Shown here: positions 57,326 to 64,000 of the stretch, piece after piece
Numbering within the stretch: the first letter of the stretch is position 1
Layout of the letters: each line of letters opens with the position of its first letter
Origin: Minisyncoccota bacterium
GTDB taxonomy: Bacteria > Patescibacteriota > Minisyncoccia > Phycocordibacterales > UBA918
Assembly (NCBI GenBank): GCA_021734905.1
Contig: JAIPIB010000001.1
Span: 2,230 to 66,229 of the forward strand
DNA length: 64,000 nt
Direction of reading: 5' to 3'
The notes under the pieces: model-generated
Database searches by the model: none
What the model was told of the DNA's origin: nothing
Seen by the model: only the letters and a program-made list of their open reading frames with translations
Made by a program: the position numbers and the translations under genes

Positions 57326-57476
57326 TATTCCGAACACGAAAAATATCACTTTCCTCATTCGTTCGGAAATGTAAGAAAGTGTTCTTCCACTTCACTCGCT
57401 CATTCGAAAACCAAGCTTGCTTGCATCGATAAAACATCATCCCATGATATTTTATCCCCTTCAGGGGGAGAGAAAT
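57325..57476 (+). pseudogene. degenerate partial 5S rRNA copy (pseudo-5S) downstream of operon terminator
   Basis: ttattccgaacacg.., 18/18 identity aagcttgcttgcatcgat, ccttcagggggagag vs ccttcggggggagag of the intact 5S; interrupted by ~60-nt and ~25-nt inserts. Confidence 0.5.
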
Positions 57477-57861
57477 GTGATGGGACCCATTTCGCAAGAC
57501 TCATTGAGATAGTTTGTGAGCGAAGCGAAACAAAATATCCAATGAGTGGACAGTTCCTGTAGGGAAAGTAGATCGCCTTCGCCCAGCACATTCCTCTGGG
57601 TAGAGGAATGTGGCGTAGAAATTCAACATAGTCGTTGCACTCCTTGTTTCATTCCACTTTAAGTGCTTTTTATGTATGAAGGAAGGTCCTCCTTACAGGA
57701 GCTGTTCAGGTCGTATGACAATTTCTTGCGAAAGTTTCCCAAACTTCCTCACGCCAACTTAGAGTTTTCAAAAGAAAAAGACCCCACAAAGGGGTCTTTT
57801 TCTTTGATGCAGCAAAATTTTGTTACATCTGTTTTCAGTTTCATCTGGTACAATATTCAAT

Positions 57862-59235
57862 ATGTTTAGACCGTGGGCATTTTGGAGACGAACGCAATAC
57901 TTAGCTGGAGCCACTGCGGTGGTCATGATTATTTGTGTCAGTTTTTATTATGCTTATTGGTATGAGACCCCGAGTTGTTTTGATCTATCGCAGAATGGAG
58001 ATGAACGGGGTATCGATTGCGGAGGCGGGTGTATGCGAATTTGTAGCTTTGACACTCTTGCTCCAGTCTCCTTGTGGACTCAATCATTTAAGATTTCAGA
58101 TGGACAGTATAATGCGGTCTCATATGTTGAAAATAGAAATCTAAATATTGGTACAGCTGAACTTGATTACACAATTAAACTTTTTGATGGTGAGGGTCTT
58201 ATTATTGAACGGAAGGGAACAACAGTTTTTCCTGCGGATAGCGTGTACCCAGTATTTGAAGGAAAGATTCTTACTGGTTCTCGAGTACCAACTAGAACCG
58301 TAATAGAATTTGACGGAAGTAAGACGGTTTGGCAACTCAGTGAAACAGGAAGAGAACAATTTGTTCTCGAGAAACGTGATCTCGTAAATGCAGACAGCAG
58401 GCCACGACTCACTGCTCAGTTTCGTAACACATCACTTGATGAGGCTAGGGATATAGAAATAGTCGCTACAATATTTGATGCTACAGGAAAACCACTTACT
58501 ACAGCAGGCACTTTCGTCAGCTTGTTTGGAGGACGAACGTCAAAAGACGTTGTGTTTACATGGCCAGAACCAATTGCAAAGACACTCCGAAGTTGTGAAA
58601 TCCCTACTGATGTTTTACTCGCGATTGATCTTTCTGGAAGTATGAATGACGATGGTGGGATTCCTCCAGAACCAATTTCGTCTGTTCTCACTGCAGCAGA
58701 GTCTTTCGTTGCACGACTTCAAGATAGTGATCAAATTGGTGTCGTCACATATGCGACAGGTGCATCTCTTGTAGAAAAGCTCACACATGACAGTGTTCGT
58801 GTTGGTAAGGTAATTTCACAACTTGTTATTGAACCCAAGGAAGAAAGAGGGAGTACGAATACAGGCGATGCTTTGAAGCGTATGCGGGAGGAATTAAGCT
58901 CTGCGCGACATAGTGCTGATGCGCGAAAGGTGGCAATTCTATTGACTGACGGTTTAGCAACTGCGCCTGCAAAAGAGCCTGAGCAGTATGCACTTAATGA
59001 AGCACGCCTTCTTAAATCTTTAGGAGTACAACTCTTCACTATTGGTCTTGGAGAAAAAGCGAATAAAGATTTTCTTAAAAATATAGCCTCTGAAGAGAAT
59101 CAGTATTACCAAGCTCCAACAGCAGGGGAACTTAAATCAATTTACAATTCTATTACGAACAGTATTTGTGAAGATGGTGTCGCGGTCATTGAGATAATTC
59201 CAAAAGCCAAGACTTCTTTTCCTCCACTGAAATAG
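57862..59235 (+). CDS. membrane-anchored von Willebrand factor A (VWA) domain protein
   Basis: MIDAS motif DLSGSMND, ..AILLTDGLA.., N-terminal TM; ORF extends to 57820 but first 14 codons overlap 5S-remnant region. Confidence 0.6.
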   Translation: MFRPWAFWRRTQYLAGATAVVMIICVSFYYAYWYETPSCFDLSQNGDERGIDCGGGCMRICSFDTLAPVSLWTQSFKISDGQYNAVSYVENRNLNIGTAELDYTIKLFDGEGLIIERKGTTVFPADSVYPVFEGKILTGSRVPTRTVIEFDGSKTVWQLSETGREQFVLEKRDLVNADSRPRLTAQFRNTSLDEARDIEIVATIFDATGKPLTTAGTFVSLFGGRTSKDVVFTWPEPIAKTLRSCEIPTDVLLAIDLSGSMNDDGGIPPEPISSVLTAAESFVARLQDSDQIGVVTYATGASLVEKLTHDSVRVGKVISQLVIEPKEERGSTNTGDALKRMREELSSARHSADARKVAILLTDGLATAPAKEPEQYALNEARLLKSLGVQLFTIGLGEKANKDFLKNIASEENQYYQAPTAGELKSIYNSITNSICEDGVAVIEIIPKAKTSFPPLK

Positions 59236-59279
59236 GATACGTTATTGGACAAGCGACTTTTTTCGCGCATAATGAGTAC

Positions 59280-60395
59280 GTGAGACTTTTAAAGACTCTG
59301 TTTGCAAGCGTTGATTGGTGGCTTATTTCCTCGGTTATTTTGCTGACGCTCCTTGGACTTGCCACAATGTATACATTTGACGGAGACAACTCTTATTTTC
59401 AAAAACAAATTGCATGGATTGGAGTTGCACTCGTTGGTCTTTGTATAGCAATCATTCCAGATTATCGATTTCTTCGACAAGGCAACACAACATTTTTTAT
59501 ATACCTCGGGATACTTTTTTTGTTGGTTACGGTTCTTTTTTTGGGAGAAACAGTGAAGGGTGCGCAGAGTCGATTTGACCTCTTTTTCTTTTCGCTACAA
59601 CCGTCTGACCCAGCGAAATTGGTACTCATTGCAATTCTTGCAAAATATTTTTCGAAACGACATGAACTCATTGGCGACTTTAGGCACATTCTCGTCTCTG
59701 GTACATACGCACTTCTTATTTTTGGTCTTGTATTTATCCAGCCAGACTTTGGATCTGCTATTATTCTTTTTTCGATTTGGTTTGGAATGGTACTTGTTGC
59801 AGGAATTTCGTTTCGACATCTTGCGGTGGTGGGAATGATTGGCGTCATCGCGTTCATGGCTTTGTGGAATTTTGGTTTTCAAGAATATCAAAAGCAACGC
59901 ATTATGACCTTCCTTCATCCGCTCGCGGACATACGGGGAACTGGCTATAATGCCTACCAATCAACAATTGCTGTTGGCTCTGGGCAGCTCCTTGGAAAGG
60001 GTGTCGGATATGGAACACAGTCAAAGCTTCAATTTCTTCCTGAGTATGAGACAGATTTTATATTCGCAGCTTTTGCTGAAGAGTGGGGGCTTGTCGGTTC
60101 GGCACTTCTTTTTTTCTTATTCAGTATCGTGATTTGGCGTCTTCTATACCACGCTGTTAGAGGTGCAACAAATTTTGAGAGACTGTTTGCAGTTGGCGTT
60201 GCAATTCTCATTACAAGCCATTTTTTTGTGCATATAGGTATGAATATTGGATTACTGCCAGTGACCGGTACAACGGTACCGTTTCTTTCATATGGAGGCT
60301 CACATCTTTTCACAGAGTTTCTTGGTATCGGTGTTGTTATTGCCATGGCAAGATACACAAAGCAACATTATATCGCTCGAGAACTGATTGAATAG
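59280..60395 (+). CDS. SEDS-family peptidoglycan polymerase (FtsW/RodA)
   Basis: 10-TM profile, ..QSTIAVGSGQLLGKGVGYGTQSKLQFLPEYETDFIFAAFAEEWG.. and ..LPVTGTTVPFLSYGGS.. Confidence 0.85.
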   Translation: MRLLKTLFASVDWWLISSVILLTLLGLATMYTFDGDNSYFQKQIAWIGVALVGLCIAIIPDYRFLRQGNTTFFIYLGILFLLVTVLFLGETVKGAQSRFDLFFFSLQPSDPAKLVLIAILAKYFSKRHELIGDFRHILVSGTYALLIFGLVFIQPDFGSAIILFSIWFGMVLVAGISFRHLAVVGMIGVIAFMALWNFGFQEYQKQRIMTFLHPLADIRGTGYNAYQSTIAVGSGQLLGKGVGYGTQSKLQFLPEYETDFIFAAFAEEWGLVGSALLFFLFSIVIWRLLYHAVRGATNFERLFAVGVAILITSHFFVHIGMNIGLLPVTGTTVPFLSYGGSHLFTEFLGIGVVIAMARYTKQHYIARELIE

Positions 60396-61538
60396 TTATT
60401 CTTTATATAGGGTAATAGTTTTCTGGAGCATTTTTTCAAAAGTAAAATCTTGTGCACGGAGAAGTGCATTTTGTGCGAGAGTTTCTCGAAGGGTTGGATC
60501 AGTATTGATATCGGTATAGCTTGTCGCAAGTGCCGTAACGCTCCCCGAAGGAAAGAGAAGTCCTGAATTCTTGTGTGTAATAATTTCTGGAATACCACCG
60601 ACATTACTCGCAATGATCGGCAGTCCGGCGATACAGGCTTCAATAATGACGTATGCAAGCGCTTCAGAGCGAGACGAGAGAACAAAGAGATCAAACGCTT
60701 TGAGATATTGTGATGCTTCAGGAATATTTCCGGTAAAGAATACAACTCCTTCAAGGTCAAGTTCTTGTACAAGTGACTCCAGTCTCTTCCGTTCCTCACC
60801 TTCGCCAATAATGAGATGTCTAATATTTGGAAGCTGCTTCGATAGTGAAGCAAGCGCTCGAATGGTGACATCGTGTTGCTTAATGGGATGGAGTTCACCG
60901 ATAGTTACTGACCAAAAATCATTTTCATGATCGCGCAGCGTTGGGACATACCCAGAAAAGAATGATCGGGAAAATTCGCGGCTGTATAGATCTTTTATTG
61001 TTCTTCCGTTATGCACAACATGCATTTTGCTGTGCGCGAATGGGAAATTCATCTGCTGTTTCGTTGTCTTCGATACTACAATTGTGTGATGGGAAAGAAG
61101 GATGGTTATTCCGTGTAGTATTTTAATAATAAATTTTTGCCACGTCGGACGTTCTTCATTGAATGCCCATCCGTGCGCAGTGAATATAATTTTTTGGACA
61201 AAACACAGCCTTCCGATGAGCGCTCCTAAGCCTCCTGCTTTTGAGCTATTAATGTGGAGAATATCAGGCTTCTCAGATTTCATGGTGTTCCAAAGCTCGA
61301 GGGCTGTCTTTATTTCGCGAATTAGGGAGATATCTCGTTCAAGGGTATTGAGTGAAATGACACGCACTCCTTTTTTCACAAGTTCCTCCGTGAGTCGCCC
61401 GGTACCACCAAGTGCAACAATAATCTCAAATTCATTTGGATTGAGGTTTGTAGCAAGGTCATACACATAGCGCTGGGCGCCGCCCCAATTGCTCTTGGTA
61501 ATAAGGAAAAGAATCTTTTTTCGAGTATGTTGTGTCAT
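60396..61538 (-). CDS. glycosyltransferase family 4 (GT-B, group 1)
   Basis: N-terminal ..ILFLITKSNWGGAQRYVYDLA.. and C-terminal E-x7-E region typical of GT4. Confidence 0.75.
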   Translation of the reverse strand: MTQHTRKKILFLITKSNWGGAQRYVYDLATNLNPNEFEIIVALGGTGRLTEELVKKGVRVISLNTLERDISLIREIKTALELWNTMKSEKPDILHINSSKAGGLGALIGRLCFVQKIIFTAHGWAFNEERPTWQKFIIKILHGITILLSHHTIVVSKTTKQQMNFPFAHSKMHVVHNGRTIKDLYSREFSRSFFSGYVPTLRDHENDFWSVTIGELHPIKQHDVTIRALASLSKQLPNIRHLIIGEGEERKRLESLVQELDLEGVVFFTGNIPEASQYLKAFDLFVLSSRSEALAYVIIEACIAGLPIIASNVGGIPEIITHKNSGLLFPSGSVTALATSYTDINTDPTLRETLAQNALLRAQDFTFEKMLQKTITLYKE

Positions 61539-61663
61539 ATATCTCTATGTAGAATGTCTGTGGTATTGGGGCGTATTTCTGAAAAGGTACCCCATACCTT
61601 TTCAGCCCGACAATTGCTCTTGGTAATAAGGAAAAGAATCTTTTTTCGAGTATGTCGTGTCAT
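61486..61663 (-). repeat. tandem direct duplication (~53 bp, 1 mismatch) of the 5' end of the GT4 gene (61486-61538 and 61611-61663), separated by perfect hairpin gaaaaggta-cccca-taccttttc
   Basis: seen in sequence; second copy encodes MTRHTRKKILFLITKSN then diverges to a stop. Confidence 0.7.
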
Positions 61664-61766
61664 GTCTTATATCACTATACCAGCATACAGGTTGTTCCAT
61701 AAATGGGTAATTGTACTAGGAAAGACTTGCTAATTTACACCACTCGCGTAGGATATTTTTAACAGT

Positions 61767-63155
61767 ATGGGAGAAAGAACACGAGAATTACTTGTATTAC
61801 TTATAGGAGACACAATGCTCTTTGGTGCAGCCTTGTGGTTTTCGTTATTTTTAAGGTATTTGAAGGTTCCGAATGCTGAGATACTCGAACTTCACCTGAC
61901 TCCGTTTACTGCCATGTTCTTGGGATGGATATTTATATTTTATATAGCAGGGCTGTACGACAAACATACTATATTCTTGAAATCACTTCTCAGAGCTCGT
62001 ATCATCGTCGCTCAGGTATGTAACGTTGCGATTTCTGGATTTCTTTTTCTTGTGCTTCCGCTTGGTATTACCCCCAAGACAACACTTATTATTTATGTTG
62101 TTGTTTCCTCACTGCTAATCTTATTGTGGAGACTCAGTTTATTTAATTTATTTTCTTCTAAAAAAATACACAATGCACTTCTTATTGCAGACGGGGAAGA
62201 GGCAGAAGAACTTATCCAAGAGGTAAATCAAAATAAACGATACAATTATCGGTTTATAAAAATGATCAACGAAGAACTTATTAACCAGACTCCAGATTTT
62301 GAACAGAAGCTTCTCGATGTTATTGAAGAGGAAAAGATTTCAGTGATTGTTGTTGACTCACGAAGTCCTCATTTTGAGAATTTTTTACCGAAGTTATTTG
62401 AACTTACTTTTTTGAAATTTAAGTTTACATTTCTCGACTTTCACAGAATATATGAGGAGACCTTCGATAAGGTCGCGTTGTCATCACTTCATTATGAGTG
62501 GTTTATTACAAATGTATCGCAGTCTCGTCGATATGTGTACGACATTATAAAACGCATGGGTGATATTGTTGGTGCAATTGTTGTTGGTTTTATATTTTTG
62601 GGACTTCTGCCAATTATATATATTGCAATGAGGATAGAAGGAAACAGACGAATATTCATGACTCAAAAGAGAATGGGGCAGCACAATACACGCATTACTG
62701 TGTATAAGGTTCAAACAATGACAAGCAATGACCAAGGTAGCTCCACATGGCTTCCTGAAGACGCCCTGAAATCAAATGTTGTAACGAAGGTGGGTGCTGT
62801 GCTGCGAAAGATGAGCATTGATGAGATGCCACAGGTGTGGAATATCCTTAAAGGAGAGATGTCTCTTATTGGTCCCCGGAATGATATCGAAGGACTTGGT
62901 GAACGTTTGGCTCGTGAAATTCCATATTATAATATACGAAATCTTGTTAAGCCCGGAGTTACTGGTTGGGCACAAACACATCAGCACTATATGGGAGATA
63001 ATATAAGCCCACAATCACTTGAGGAGACGAGGTGTCGGCTTGCATACGATTTATATTATGTAAAAAACAGATCAATTCTTCTTGATCTTTCAATAGCACT
63101 GAGGACGATTAAAACTTTACTCTCACGCTTTGGGTTAACTATAAAAGTAAGGTAA
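61767..63155 (+). CDS. polyprenyl-phosphate sugar phosphotransferase (WbaP/bacterial sugar transferase family)
   Basis: C-terminal ..KMSIDEMPQVWNILKGEMSLIGPRN.. and ..PGVTGWAQT.. signature of PF02397; 4-5 N-terminal TM. Confidence 0.8.
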   Translation: MGERTRELLVLLIGDTMLFGAALWFSLFLRYLKVPNAEILELHLTPFTAMFLGWIFIFYIAGLYDKHTIFLKSLLRARIIVAQVCNVAISGFLFLVLPLGITPKTTLIIYVVVSSLLILLWRLSLFNLFSSKKIHNALLIADGEEAEELIQEVNQNKRYNYRFIKMINEELINQTPDFEQKLLDVIEEEKISVIVVDSRSPHFENFLPKLFELTFLKFKFTFLDFHRIYEETFDKVALSSLHYEWFITNVSQSRRYVYDIIKRMGDIVGAIVVGFIFLGLLPIIYIAMRIEGNRRIFMTQKRMGQHNTRITVYKVQTMTSNDQGSSTWLPEDALKSNVVTKVGAVLRKMSIDEMPQVWNILKGEMSLIGPRNDIEGLGERLAREIPYYNIRNLVKPGVTGWAQTHQHYMGDNISPQSLEETRCRLAYDLYYVKNRSILLDLSIALRTIKTLLSRFGLTIKVR

Positions 63156-63173
63156 TATAGTGGAACATAAATT

Positions 63174-64000
63174 TATGCAAAACGTTTTTATTGTTGGAGG
63201 GGCTGGATATGTTGGGGAGATGCTCTCTCACCAATTATCACTTCGTGATGATGTGGGGACTATTGTTTTGTTAGATAAGGAGCCACAATCTGATTTTTCT
63301 AAGACATTGCCTAAAGTTGTATACGTAGAGACAAATATGGCTGATGATGGTTGGCAAGAACAAGTTGCAAAATATCGAGTTGATGTTGTCATTCATACTG
63401 CGTGGCAGATCCGCGCAATGTACGGTAATCCAAAAGAACAATGGAGATGGAATGTTGAGGGTTCAGAAAAGGTATTTGACTTTGCTTTTAATCAGGAATC
63501 AGTCAAGAAGCTCATTTACTTTTCAACAGCATCATCGTATGGGGCGCGTGTTGATAATACTGTTGACCATTATTTCACGGAAGCCGAAGGCTTCCGTGAT
63601 GATGACTATATCTATGCAGAAGAGAAGAAGGTAACTGAAGAAAACCTTGAAAAGAAATATAAAGAAGCCAAAAAAATAGGACATCGTGTGCCACAGATTT
63701 TTATTGTACGCCCAGCAGCAATCACAGGACCACGAGGAAGATATATGCGAATACGGTTCGGCCTTCAGTCTGCGCTCCAAGGCAATCTCAAAGGAGGATT
63801 TATCTATAAAATAGTGACACTACTTACGACCTTTGTTCCAGCAACAAAAGGATGGGTGCGACAATTCATTCATGAGGATGATGTGAGTGACATTGTAATC
63901 ATGTTTACCACAGAACATTTTGACTTTGAATATGATGCATTCAATATCACTCCATTGGGGGCCCCTGTTTTTGCATCTGATATGGCAGAGGCAGTCGGTA
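63174..64000 (+). CDS. NAD-dependent epimerase/dehydratase (SDR), 3'-truncated by window edge
   Basis: Rossmann start MQNVFIVGGAGYVG, YxxxK region (YIYAEEKK), frame open to window end; not in ORF track because no stop in window. Confidence 0.6.

Noticed and set aside
61527-61733. 68-aa + strand ORF between GT4 gene and sugar transferase
   Set aside because: It lies across the duplicated GT4 5' fragment and hairpin. It has no start context and is an artefact of the duplication region.

Overview
This is a 64 kb AT-rich, tightly packed stretch of bacterial chromosome, mostly on the + strand and dominated by housekeeping genes. Genes recognised from their translations: a class I ribonucleotide reductase (nrdA-nrdB), the zinc importer ZupT, the mechanosensitive channel MscL, secE-nusG-rplK, a complete thymidylate-synthesis island (folA, a dCMP-deaminase fusion, thyA, dut, glyA plus two HIT-family genes), four aminoacyl-tRNA synthetases (argS, ileS, glyQS, metG), rpsF-ssb-rpsR, efp, an ECF sigma factor, recA, ftsK, rplJ-rplL, a 23S-tRNA-5S rRNA operon with no 16S gene upstream, and a cell-envelope block (a SEDS-family protein, a GT4 glycosyltransferase, a WbaP-like sugar phosphotransferase and an epimerase). 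There are also several secreted or surface proteins: a matrixin-like metalloprotease, an LCAT-like lipase, a VanY-family peptidase, a VWA-domain protein and S-layer-like/Ig-repeat proteins.

Several features point to a Candidate-Phyla-Radiation (Parcubacteria-like) organism; this is inference, not proof. rplK is not followed by rplA. rpsR is not followed by rplI. The 23S gene is interrupted by intron(s). The rRNA operon is unlinked from any 16S gene. Shine-Dalgarno sequences are mostly absent. The window carries many secreted hydrolases. There is no CRISPR array and no IS or transposase gene.

The most notable observations:
- The type-2 IleS carries a complete phosphoglycerate-mutase-type histidine-phosphatase domain spliced into it.
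- The 23S gene holds a bona fide group I intron (P/Q/R/S elements present) plus a second, 198-nt mini-insertion carrying an S-like box.
- The tRNA between 23S and 5S is over-long (121 nt).
- A family of REP-like intergenic hairpin elements with covarying stems and a conserved 5' box is dispersed through the window and strictly strand-biased (at least 11 copies).
- Unrelated highly expressed genes (recA, rplL, nrdB, nusG, ssb, rplK) share a leader module and an SD-less start context.
- A TrpR-like regulator gene is bracketed by two identical perfect palindromes.
- A 5S pseudogene lies just past the rRNA terminator.
- The 5' end of a glycosyltransferase gene is duplicated in tandem.
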